DNA of 64,000 bases from Basidiobolus meristosporus CBS 931.73 (Eukaryota; Fungi; Basidiobolomycota): assembly GCA_002104905.1 (NCBI GenBank), contig MCFE01000022.1, positions 124,001-188,000 on the forward strand, read 5' to 3'. Below, in pieces: positions 12,282 through 24,601 of this stretch; the stretch's first letter is position 1; every line of letters begins with the position of its first letter. The notes under the pieces are model-generated. The model saw only the letters and a list, made by a program, of their open reading frames with translations, was not told where the DNA came from and ran no database searches. The position numbers were made by a program, and so were the translations under genes.

Positions 12282-13404
12282 GGATGTGGTGGAGGATACG
12301 GATATGGATATGAATATGAATATGAATATCCTACGGGAGGGGCGGAGAATCCCCTCCGTTTCCCGTGAGTGAGGTTCTCTAGCAGAAGAGAAGAGGCCAT
12401 GGTTCGCCCCTGATCCCCTGCCTTATCTTAATTGTAATATTTTGTATACTATGCGTCATATCCCATGCTACACCCGAACGAGTGTCCGTTTCTCATCTGC
12501 TGTATAGATCACTAATGCTTCTGTATATTCTGGTTAGTTCAATGCATGGCTTGTATTTTGCATGTTTTTCTCATGAAAAGTAAACGGATTTTGGTTGAAT
12601 TTTGCATGGATGGCCAAGTTCGTGTTCGTGTTCGTGTTCATCTGACCAGAGACCGCTGCGGGTTCATGTACATTCACATTGTCACACTGTGGTGGCCACT
12701 CACAGTCACAGAATCCACCATTGATGCGCTGCCCCAACCTCACCTACCTAGGCAACCCAAGTACATGGACCATGAATGAAGCAGTCTTTATTCAGCCCAA
12801 TGCGGTGAGGATCAATGGATCACTGATCCGTGGAGTGTCGGGATGGATTGGAGGCGAATCGAAATGAGCCTATTGCGTCAGTGTATCACTACCATATACC
12901 AACTTCGGACCCAGGCCTGTTCGCATTGTTTGTCGCATGCTAACGATGCCATTTGAACGGGGAACATGAAATACGAAAAACATTCTCTGAAACGATGACG
13001 AAAATACCCTTTTCTTTACCCGGTAATGAACGGAGATATTAGCACAAGTTATTGAGAAGAGAAATGGCAGGGGAAGGGGAGAGGAGGGTGAGGGTGAGGG
13101 TGAGGGTTGGTTGTGTGGTGAATAAATAGAGATTAGCCATGTACCAAATGAGCCATATATATCACTTAGTAAGGATTATATACAGAAAAAGATTCAAATC
13201 AGATGATAGAGAAGTGTGGAAAGCAGGGAAAAGCTCCCGGAACATGGATATACTATAAAGGGGTGATATGCCGCTCTGAACCAAGCGCTGGCCACACCTG
13301 TAGCGAGCTTCTTGTGGGGAAATAAAAGATAAAGCAGGGAACTTTGGCACCATTGATGGAGGCCGGAGAGGCAGGTATAATGACGTGAAGGGTCTGGATA
13401 TACT

Positions 13405-14936
13405 TTATAACGATTCTAGTGGGGCATTTGGTGGCTCCATCAAATACGGAGATTCCTTGGAGATGGGGGCGCTCTTCTTGTTGGCTGATAGTTTCGGGCG
13501 ACCGCGCCGCTTGTGTTCCACATCCACACAGAAGCTCTTTCCCAAGTGCACACAACGCTTGCAAGGCCGAGACTCGTCACACGCCAGATGGGCCTTCTTA
13601 CAGTGGACGCATGCTCGACCCACATTCTTCTTCTTCTGCACCTTGGCTGTCCGCTTAGAGGCGACATCTTCGGCCCGGCCGCTCTTGGTCAAGTGTGCCG
13701 AGTGAGCGGCATGGCCCATAGAGTTGCTTTGGGTGGGGCCAGCATGAGAATACCCGTGCATCGGGTACGGCGCGTATGGGTGGTAATGATGATGCCCCAT
13801 GGCGTACCAAGACTTCAGATCGCCATGTTGAAGAGAAAGATACGGGTGTAACTCGGATGGGGAATGGTTGGCACTAGGGTCGTAGTTCTGCCCAAGATGC
13901 TGTAGATAGTAATTCACACCCATCTGCCTGGCATGTGGGTGGCTGCTCATGAACGCCTCCATGCTCTAATGAGATCAAGGAAATTGGTTAGTGCGAAGCA
14001 GCAGCAAGTTTACCGAATAGGTATGCAAACCTCCATGTTCATTGGATGACCGTTCTGGGGACTATTCATATAGGCCTGTTTGGCGTACAGCTCATATGCC
14101 GTCTTTTGTGCCTCGTGCTCCAAGAATTCGTATTGTAGGGGGTGATTAGGTGGGATTTGGGCTTCTCCCTGATATGGGTTCCCAAATTGGTCTACGGTTG
14201 AGGTGGCAGGGCTAGCATGGTAGTAATTCATATTGTGCTGAAGAGTTGCGAGAGCGCAATCAGGGGACACCGAAGGGTCGTGATCGTAAGAGTAGCTCTC
14301 GTTCTCTGGGGATGTCGAGGGAGAGGCACAGCTCTTTCGCGGCAGATGGCCTCCTTCCTTTTCGTAAGAATGGCAGTTGCCATTGTCAGAGTTGGCGTGC
14401 TTGACGTTTCCGAGATGATGCATCAGGTCATTTTGCTGAGACTGGACGATGTCGGCCGCTTCGGTGGTATCAAACCCATTTTCAAACATGGCTAGCTCGT
14501 TCTCGATAGATAGAAGATCTCCGGAGATTTCGTTTCTCTGGGAATACTGCAGCTTGCTCAAGAACTCTTTGTTGGACTTGTTCACGATCTCTACCTTGTT
14601 GCCGGTTGGCCGCGTGGGCTCATCCGCCTGCGAGCCATTCCAGAGCTCCAGGGCTTCGGATTGGTGGTGGTCAAGCAGCTCTTGTATGTCGCTTTGGTCA
14701 AAATTCTCTTGCAGTGAGAGATCGTGCTCTTCGGCTAGGAAATGAAAACTACCGTGCTCATCGAAGGTTTCTACGAGCTCAAGCTCTTCGGGAGAATACA
14801 TGTAAGCTGACTGTTCGTCAGTGTCTTTGGAAAGGCCATCGGATTGGTCTTGGCTGGCCCCGCTCAGTATGGCAGAAAGGATGTAATGATCATTGGTAAG
14901 ACAGGTTGGGTCGATTATTGAGTTGGTAATAGTCAT
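13405..14936 (-). CDS. Zn(II)2Cys6 transcription factor; 2 exons, intron 13966-14030
   Basis: RACVHCKKAHLACDESRPCKRCVHLGKSFCVDVEHKRRGRP is a Zn2Cys6 cluster of the ERT1/RDS2/AcuK type. A phase-0 intron with a CTAAC branch joins the 308-aa and 185-aa ORFs. Confidence 0.88.
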
Positions 14937-16671
14937 TTGTTGAATATATATATATATACACGGCGACGCACTTGGTCAGGATACTTGTATATATGCTAGG
15001 AATAATCGCTACAGGGGGGAGGATGGGAAGGATATAGAAGATAGAGATAGACAGACGAGAAGGAAGAGTTTCAATAGGGAAGAGGGACTCGGATGTAGCA
15101 GATATTTAAGAGTAATCTTGGTGAGTTCCTGATAACCGGTTTTATCAACAAAATCGCAACAAACCTATTTCCAGCATCTAGCATCGGCACCACTCCTTGC
15201 TTCTTAATAGATTATACTTCAACATCAACATGGAGGGTGTTTATGTTGGTTTGGATCGTAACTGAAGACTATCATGGATCGTTCAATGGATGATGTGTAT
15301 ATGCACGAGCAAGCACAGAAACCTTACATCGCTTCGAGTTGATTTGGAATAAATTGAATTCCACCAGATGCATCGTATCAACCTTTGCCATGCAGGCTTT
15401 ATTTACATTTTGTCAGACAGCTTCTGGCAACGTTATTCCATGTAAGGTAGTATTCCGATAACCCTGTTGTTCTGGCAACGTTCCTCCATGTAAGGCGGTG
15501 CAATCCAGGCAGAAAACTGCCAAATCGTTGAAATTTCTGCTGGGATATACAACACTCGGCTGTACGGAAATTTGACGCTGGCTTTTTCAGGAGGCGTCTG
15601 GAGACGAATCGTTGGTTTGGACAGGACTGGGGATATTACTGATTTAGATTAGTTGATTGTTGGATGTCAATATAAGCGGCGTAGGTAATAACCGGACATA
15701 AGTCACTCAATCTCATGATTACTGCTGTACGTTCCTATTTCGGCAGAATTGCTTCAACTCTTTGTGTTCAGGAGAAGGCGTATCGGCGAGATAGACTGCA
15801 TCTAGCGCCAGAATAGCCTAGCGCTCATCGGTAGACCTTCGCGGTTGTATCCCTACCTGATGAAACGAAAAGCCGGACGCCAAACGAGTTTTCTCCTGAC
15901 CATGTCGAAAGGGGGTATGCCGGGTGGATGGCTACAAGTTGGCAATATGTCGTGGCAAATGGGCCCTAATCAAGTAAATCAAGAGACACAGAATCGATCT
16001 GCAGTGCTTGAACCCCATACAAACCTAGTTGTCATGTTAGAATTTCCCCAGCTTATCCCTGATTATTCGGTGAACAGAGGGATTTGGAGTAACGTCAGGG
16101 TGTCTTGCACTAACTTTCCTATTTAATATGAAATAGGCCATACGCCTATTAGCCCCAGCACCACGAACATAGATCCGCATACAGTGGATGTGAAGACAAA
16201 GCCTAGGGTCTAGGGCTAGGCTAGGCTAGGGCTTAGGGCTTGCCATTAATGAAGGGTGCTATACTAATCGGTGAACGATGATCGGTTCACTCTCAGGGGT
16301 GCTTGAAGGATCAAGATACAGAATTCAACAGACAAACATACCACAGCAAATGAACCAGTGCTGGCATGTAGAACCTGGCCCACACGACGTTGGTTAGCCA
16401 GAAGGACATTCCGTGGTCTCCGATTACATGAGAAAATTAATAGACGTATCCATGCATCTAATACGATTACCGAATGTGCTTACAAATACGCGCGCCAGGA
16501 GGCCTACGATCTCTATTAAATGCAAATAGAAGAAACCTAGTGATCACATATGAGCTGGATATTTCATCCAATGGTTTAATTAATTGCAAGCTATCGAACA
16601 TAAGGATGGCGTTGATTAAAAGAATGGGATGCATCTGGAGCTATGAATAGACTGGGAATTTGCAACTGCGG

Positions 16672-19188
16672 CTAGATGTCTTTTTTCTCCTCGGTGCCAT
16701 GGTGCGTCATGCTGGGAATCTCCAGCGTGTCCTTATGGCGTTTGGTGAGTGGGTTGAAGTTTAGGCTGAGGCTTGTCAGGTCGACGTGACTGCCCGAACG
16801 ACTCACTGAAGAGCTGCCATTTCGCGACCTTCCCTTGACCTTGCCATCCGATCCGTCCCGGAAAAAGAAGACGTCGTCATCGATCTCATTTTCCCCAACA
16901 TTCTCCCAGCTGAAGATGCTGTCATTCAAGAACTCCATAGGAGACATGATCCAGGCTTTGCGGCCCTTGGGGGTTCCTGGGGTACCTGGAGTGCTTGGAT
17001 CAGAGCCATTGGCGATTCGGTTAGGATCGAAATCTGGGAAAAGCTGTGGCCCGAACTCGTTGATGATAAGAGTGATGTCGTTGGAGAGCTCCTCCCGAAT
17101 AACCGGCAATGTTTTGGCTCGGTGGTTAGAGCCTGGGAACAACGCGAAGAAAAGTGGGCGCATTGATCTAAAGGGAGAAGTGAGTCAGAACCACAAACCG
17201 GTATGCCACGCTGTCCTATTGCTCACCTGAAAATATCAAGGCCGGTCTCTCCGAAGCGCACACTGGCGTAACTGATAAATGGCAGGAGGGTGAACGTCAG
17301 GATGGGGGCAAGGATCTTCCAGAAGAGCGACCACTTGAGGCGGATGGCGATATACAACATGATGAATGTGTAGATCCAGTAAAAGGTGGGGATCAAGAAC
17401 AGCCCGACGAGAACTTTCCAAGTGGCTAGTACATCACGGCCAGCAATTTTGACCGTGGAATTCTTGAGGGCCTCTGCAAACAGAAACTTCCGTTAGGATT
17501 GTGTTCGGCAGTGAAAAGGATAGGTGAAGAACGGACCTTTCGCCTTCTTAGCACTGATGATCTTGGCGATGATTCCGATGGGAGCATTCAGAACAGCACT
17601 ACATGGTCGTGGATCAGTTTCGTCCAAGATGAATAATCACTGCTGCAGTTGAAATTACCCTGGCAAAGCTATCAGAGCCATGATACTAATGGTGAGCAGT
17701 CTGGAAGTGAAGAGCAGCAGCGCACGAGGGAAGCTCATTTGCATTTTCTTCACTTGATGATCTCTCAGACCGTGATCCTTGAGCAAGCGATTATACGCCA
17801 GAACGCGGTTACGGAAATCCTTCACTGCGGGCTCATCCTTGAAATGCAGGTACCCAGCAACAAAGCGGCGCGTTAGGTTCACCACTTGTGTGGTCCGGAG
17901 TTTACGATGCGCCGGTTTGTATAACCGTCTACCTGCTTGAATTACCTATAGATGCATCAGTTGGTCATCCATTTCCCTGTTCATACGCACAAGCATAGAG
18001 TAGGTTACCATGAGTGTCTCGTAGTCGGGCGCGTTAATGGTTACACTCTTAAGTGCGTTAGAAATGGTGTCCATGAATTTTCCAATAGCCTCCCGCTTAG
18101 CAGCGCCTCCTTCTCTGAACTGCTCCACCAGGTGGCGAGGAATTGTCAAAGGATCCCCAAACTCAACCACTGCTCTGGAGCGGAAACGATGAGGATGGAA
18201 GTAGTTCAATCCTGGAAACGCGAATATGAAAATCATCAGTACAACCACCATGAAGCCTAAGGGTCCTGAGCATCACCATACCACAAGGAACAATCTTCAC
18301 GTTCAATCCGGGATTCTCTGACATAGCACCTAGGGCCATGATGGCAACACCGACTTGCAGTGGGAAATTAAGTCATTAGTGGGAAACCTCCAACTCGAGT
18401 AACCCGAAGGCATACCTTTCAAAGGAAGCATCTCAGCTCGGTCATGAGAACCGCCTTCGGGGAAGATGCCCACACAGCCACCTTGATTCAAGCGCTCGTG
18501 CACAGCCGAATACACCTGAGATTGGTCAAGGTGAGGGATAATCTTGAATACGGTTCCTTCATTGGCTGTAAGAAGCTCGAGCGCTTTCAATTCTTTAAAC
18601 TCCTTTTTGACCACCAACTCGGTATCGGAGAGAATCTCGTCGACTACTGAAGCACCAGCGCTATTTGGCAACGCTATGGTGGAGCCAGCCTCTATCTCCG
18701 AGGTGAATTTGGTTCCAATACCGGTGATGCGTGTGGGATCGTTGTACCGATCTAAGAGCTGAATAGTACCGGTGCCCTTTCTGGCATAATCCTGGGCTCT
18801 TGCGACTGGGACTAATCCCACAAACATGAGTCAATATATTTCCACGAACGAAACTGGAGAAAAATAAGTACTCGAGTTGATAGAACGGCCGAATGCGCCA
18901 ATGTATTTACGGCTCATGGAAGACGCCGCCATAAGGAAACTGATGGGGCGAGGACTGTGGAATAGCAGTAGGAGTGGGTCTAGGAACTGGGCAGAGGAGG
19001 TTGAGAAAAGACCTGGGTTAATTGGAAACGGGAGCAATAGAAACCTGGTTAGCATGAGGCGCGGCAACAAAGAAGACCGGACCATTCTTGGGTATCTTGT
19101 GGGCACCTCTTTGGCTGATATCTCTGAAGAAGATTTTGACGATGAGCCAAAAGAGGTTCAAGGCCAGGTTATATATGGTAAATACCAT
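16672..19188 (-). CDS. GPT2: Glycerol-3-phosphate/DHAP O-acyltransferase (SCT1/GPT2 family), multi-exon
   Basis: Motifs APHANQFLDP, IPVARAQD, GIFPEGGSHDR, GLNYFHPHRFRSRAVVEFG and GRDVLATWK. Start MVFTIYNLALNLFW at 19188. SCT1 and GPT2 orthology cannot be separated by eye. Confidence 0.92.
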
Positions 19189-19951
19189 GCGTCTTTATTG
19201 AAGAAATAAGTGTTAAGCGAGGGAAGTTTTAAGTCAAAACCCGAAGATACTCGAGTGCAGTGGGCTCTCTGAAATACCTTTCGTAGCGGAGTAGATGAGT
19301 ATTAGATTTGATAGTAAGACAGAATATTACTTTGCCAAAGAATCCGCCTAAAACAATATGATGGCTCAATTTTTTGCGGTAATAATCTCCGATAATTTAC
19401 CCCAAATCCCGTCAGCCACGAAGAAAACCTTCATGGCATTAGCGAGATCTAATTTGCACGAAGCCCATCATTTCCAACAAACCAAGAATATTCATGTTAC
19501 TTGAGCTCAGCCACACCCGCATCGACACCCAAATGAAATTACATCAGAAATGATTTGTCACTTGTGCTCCCCAAAAGCGATTTGCCAGCACATCCCTCAG
19601 ATGTGATTCGGAAGATCAAATTTGGCCTCTAATTGACTATGGGACAAGAGAGGCCATGGGATGGGAGTACGAGATGCCATTTGAAGGATTTATTGTTAGG
19701 TCTTGGCTTGTGGGAGATTTGTAGGTACGTTGGATGTATGAAGGAAGTCAAGTAAAATACACTTTATCGATAAACACAAAAGAAAAACTTCGCAGTCAAA
19801 ATATAGGGGAGTCAAACGTATGGTACGGTAGCTTGCAAGCGTGAACTATTCACTGCTACGGGGTGGAGTTTGCCACGCTCACCAGGGTTGACCAACTGAA
19901 TGTTCGATGCCAACAAATTTGACTAATTACAGGTAAGGCTCTACTAATTAC

Positions 19952-21242
19952 TTACGTGGGTTGTTTATGCTTGGATTTTTTGGCCCAACGTAGACCACAC
20001 GCATTACAAAGCCTACAATAAAAGAGGCCATTAGTATTTGCCAGATTACGCCGAAAGGGTTTCCACCAAAACTGTCTGTCCATCATCAAATAACTCGTTT
20101 CTGAAGAGCTCCAACAGAATTGCTGGAAAATATAGCGTTCTTACGTTTTGGGACCTTGAGGGCCTCTCCTCCATTCAGGAGATTTGGTTGTTCCACACTC
20201 CGTGCAAGCGTGATCTTTCTCATCTTCAGACTTGTATTTTTTCTAGTAGAAATCAAAGGCACACGATCAATACACACGCCTTGTCTTTGAAGAATTGTAT
20301 AGAGGCCCGAAGTAAGCCCCACTATCACATCGCTCTCAACAAAATGGACTTGGAGCTTAAACATCGTCGGGAGAAGGTGTGGGGGAACATAGTATACCTT
20401 TTTCCTTATCTTGGAGCCAGTGTCCTCATCAACACAAGATTCGCTCTCAGAGTCCTGACAAGCGATATCAACAGAGCCACCACGTAGATCTATGGAGCTT
20501 CGCTTGTTGTTGTCGACTTTTTGGCCACGCTGGGAATAGATTGCCCGTCCAGCGGAGTTGAAGGGCCAACATTGGATGATTCATCACCGGTACTGGAGGT
20601 GCTTGGTGTGCCGTTTTCTTCCGAAAAGCGGCCGTGCTCTTTCAGACGTCGCCGAAGAAGCTCGTTCTCGATTTTCATTTCGAGAAACGTATCCAGGAGT
20701 GAACTCGCTTTGGATGGATATTGACGTGCGTTACAGAAAAAACAGGCGGGAATGGGGGAGTTGTCGGCGAGATAAGGCCTGCACTGGACCTCTAGCATGA
20801 TGAATTTGTCATCCTTCTTTCGGAACCGATAAAACAAAGAGAAGGTACGTTTCGTGGCACCACAGTTCAGATCGCGTATAAACGTGTCGATATCGTCCAC
20901 ATGAATGAAATCGCTGATGTTCCTCCCAACTAACTCCTCTGGCGAGTATCCGGTCAGTTCCTGACAAGACGGTGAGCAGTATATGAATCTGCTGGAATTC
21001 GTGATAACGTAGTATATATCCTTCAGTCCACATATAATCTTCTGGGGCCAATTTTTTCGTTTGGTGAATTCAGTGAGAAACGTCTCTGCGTTCTTTGTTG
21101 AAGTGTGTCCTTTCGTAGAAATAAGCGGGTTTAATGGTTTGGTATGTACATCGGTTGGTGGTGAAGCATTGCTCGTCTCCAGTGATTCTGTTAGGGCAGA
21201 ATTGGAATCTGGTTCACACAAGTTATCATAGGAACCGTTCAT
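19952..21242 (-). CDS. wc-2: White collar-2-like PAS + GATA zinc-finger protein; frame discontinuity near 20490-20570
   Basis: PAS domain (EFTKRKNWPQKI...YCSPSCQELTGYSPEELVG...FYRFRKKD...LDTFLEMKIENELL). Downstream spliced exons give [32 protein letters not shown]. Confidence 0.85.
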
Positions 21243-22239
21243 AACTTGTCAGTTTTATAAACACCACTCTCTCACGGAACACTGAGTGATTAGATGGGGG
21301 AGGGGGGGAATGAGGCTCTGAGTTGCCTGTTCGAGTACGATTCGGCGTGGGTAAATATTGCTTAAAGGGCTGGGAAAGATAGAACCACTACGGCGCTCTA
21401 ATACCTAAGTATGCGATAGAAACTTGATAATTAAAGTTTGCTGGTTGTTAGGGCGAAAAAAGCTTCATCAAAGGAAGCAGCTATCCTCCTTATAAATCCC
21501 CATGTAGCATGGCCAGGATATCAAACAATATTTGGGAACTCATCAACCAAATGCAAGGGCGCAAATGTCAGGAATCTGGATATTTTATGAAAGTGGAATG
21601 CATAGAGTAATGGGGATTACAATAGAACCCATTCAAATGATATACAGCACTCACAATGGTTACTCCAGGTAGATGTTAAAAGCATGAAATTTGGCCATGA
21701 ACAAGCTGAAAATGTGATGATCGATAAAAAAAGGGCTGGTCATCGGCGATGGCATTAGTGTCAATTGTTGTAGAATAGAAGATCATATCAAAATCATCAT
21801 CGGCGATGCTCTATAGATTCTCGATAATTTCCTGGTCCAATAACTCCTCAGTTTCATTACCGAAAACCACATATGGGCTCTCAGCGATTATTTCACCCGA
21901 TGAACGCCATTAATGATCGATCAATTGATTGTTCTTCGGATCGGGTGAGATCATTCATACTTAGGGCGTTGAGATGTATTTGGTTTATTGATGGCAATAC
22001 AAGACGGGTATATTTTCGAGAATGTGAAAAGAGAAATATCATCTCCAATCGAGTAATACAAATATCGATTCGATTTCTAAGCCTCATGTAGACCGGATAA
22101 TATCATATATACTAGAAGTGAACAAAGCGCATGCAATGGGTATAGGTTCCAGGCTGGGAAAAGTACTCATAGAGAATGCTCTAACTCGATGGTTAAAATA
22201 CACGCGCTGAAGTCCCCCGAATATCACGACCATGGGCGT

Positions 22240-23673
22240 TTATAAAAGCCCGCCTAGGAAGCCAGAGTCATCTCCCTGATCCTCGCCATCAAAAATAGAG
22301 GATACCTTGTGAGTAAGATGGCCCACTGAACCCCCTTTAAATAGTTTGTTCCCCTCCAGCAGCTTGGAGAGATGAAGTCCAGGGATACTCTGCATGCCTT
22401 CAAATAGCGAAAGCCTATGCAGAGTACCCTGCATCAAGGACTCAATGGTGTGATTTTTTCTGGCCAGAGAAACAGGAGAAACATAGTTGTCGTCTTCATT
22501 GATTTGCTGAATAAAGTTGTTGTACTCCTTTTCCAACGCACGGACATCCTCTATGTTAAACCCATTCATCCTTGCCCAGCTTTCAGGAACTGGCGAGGGA
22601 GTTCGGAGCTTGGTATGGTCAGACCTGTCGTTGGGGCCTTCGCGTTTCACATGGCCCCGGTTTGCCTGCGCGTTAGGCGGCCTTAATGACAGGATATTAA
22701 GGTTACTATATGTGTAACACAGTCCTGGGTCGCGAATATCATAAACGTCCTTTACAGCTACACCAAACGGCTCTACGATGTCATTTGGGCTGACAGTCTT
22801 GTTCTCACTATTCAGGCCCTCGTAGACCATACCAATTTCCGGCCGTAACCTTTGGAAGTAGGCCCAGATTTTGTCGACATATGCATGATGGACCCAGAAG
22901 ATTGGGCTAGTCAAAATTGGTTAGAAGAGGGCGTTTGGGTGGAACAGATATACAGTGCTTACTCGTTAGGGCTCCACATAGTACTAACATCACCACCATT
23001 CCCACCAATATTGGCATGCACCAGAGCATGTGGCGCTGCTTCCATGGCAATACGGAATTGTTGGAAGCTTTTGGATTGCTCGCAGATCTTTGCAAGAAGC
23101 TCGGGCGGGTACAGCGCACCTATCTGCTTTCCTTTATTCCAGCGACGCTTTAGGCAATGCTCCTTGGGGACTGCCATATTCCAGTTCCTGAAAGGCCCAT
23201 CTACTATGCATTCTGTATCGCCACTAGCCCCGAAATAATCCGGACGGAAGAGGATACTCTGCTCCGGGGCCTGCGAATCGATGGTCCAATCCTACAACAA
23301 AGATGTTAGCTTGTAATGGTGATGGTGGCTCGAACGAAGTGCTCACCCAGTACGGTACGATCACATTGGGGTTGATTTGTTGAAGAGCAAGCTCAAATTC
23401 CTTCATGAATCTCCTATGCCACGGGAAGAAGAGAGGACTACTGTGTGCGGTGGGCACGTACTGAAGGTGAGTTGCCACTAATTTGTCGTAAGTAGTAGGT
23501 GGAGGCCCAGAATGAAGAGCTCGGATTGCAATCACGAAATCATCCCACTCTTGCTTTGAAATCTCACGGATCTCTCTGCGTACATAGGGATTTCTGCATG
23601 ATTGCGCCTCTACTAGCAGACCAGACAAGAGGCCGAGTATGACAAGGCCAAAAGGAAGGATCTTTGACAGCAT
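22240..23673 (-). CDS. Secreted tyrosinase-like di-copper protein; 3 exons
   Basis: Signal peptide MLSKILPFGLVILGLLSGLLVEA; CuA ATHLQY..AHSSPLFFPWHRRF..PYWDW; CuB EAAPHALVHANIGG..SPND-PIFWVHHAYVDKIW. TATAAAA at 23762-23768 on the minus strand. Confidence 0.92.
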
Positions 23674-24601
23674 GACTACAAAGTAATTTAGTCTTTGATA
23701 TTTACTAAGAAAGTTGCGAAATAAGACAATTAGAACAACCAAGGTCTCGCCATAAAACCCCTTTTATATGAGCTTGTTTCGAAACCTTCTTCCAGGGCCG
23801 AGAACTCTTCATCATCAACACTTGATGTTCATCCCTGATGATATGCATAAGCTAGTAACGAAAAGCTAAGCTGATACAGATTTCCCAATGTTCACATTCA
23901 CCTTAGTATTCCACGTTGGTGCATGCAGCATGCGTGCGACGAGCAGTGATACAACCTAAGGTACATATCAACAAGTGGACTCAGCACGATTGGAATGAAA
24001 TCCATTCATTCTCGTATGCAGCCGGTAACACGCAAACATCTTCTCTCTGTGGAGAGCTTGGTGTGCCATGTCAACATATGGTTGAGGGTGGGGTAGTCTA
24101 CATCGTATTAAGTGCACCAGGTTTGCTCCTGTTACAGAATGATGGCTTCACAACCAAGCCGTAAATAGAAAGAACAACCAAACTGGACTAGTCGACATGT
24201 GTATTCATGTGAACAGCACAACCTGCTTCCCATCGTCTCATAAACTTAAAACCAGTGATGATCAATCTGGAGAGTTGGTGGAGATCCCAGTGGGTTTCTC
24301 TAGTGACTGCATATATGATCAGAGATTTTATTATTCAAGCCAATACTTGGGTGTGCATATTCTAGGGCATCTTTTACTCTCGTTATAATACAGTAAATAG
24401 TATACCTCATTGAACATATACTCGATGGCCTTTCAAAACTATAGTAATAAAGCAAAGCCCCACACGAAGGAAGAATAAAAAAGGGAATGTGACGCACTAT
24501 CTTGGCGTGTATTGGTGTGAATTTGGATGAAGAGAAAACATATATTATACATTTTGCATATTGGCGTCGTATGGATTCAATGAAATCTGCGTTTAGGCTG
24601 C

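Noticed and set aside
11936-12960. Minus-strand low-complexity ORFs (YSYSYPYP, NTNTNT) and short plus-strand ORFs
   Set aside because: They derive from hexanucleotide microsatellites or are antisense to the plus-strand gene; no coherent gene model.
15422-15495. Repeat-spacer-repeat resembling a CRISPR unit
   Set aside because: Only two copies, eukaryotic context and no cas genes.
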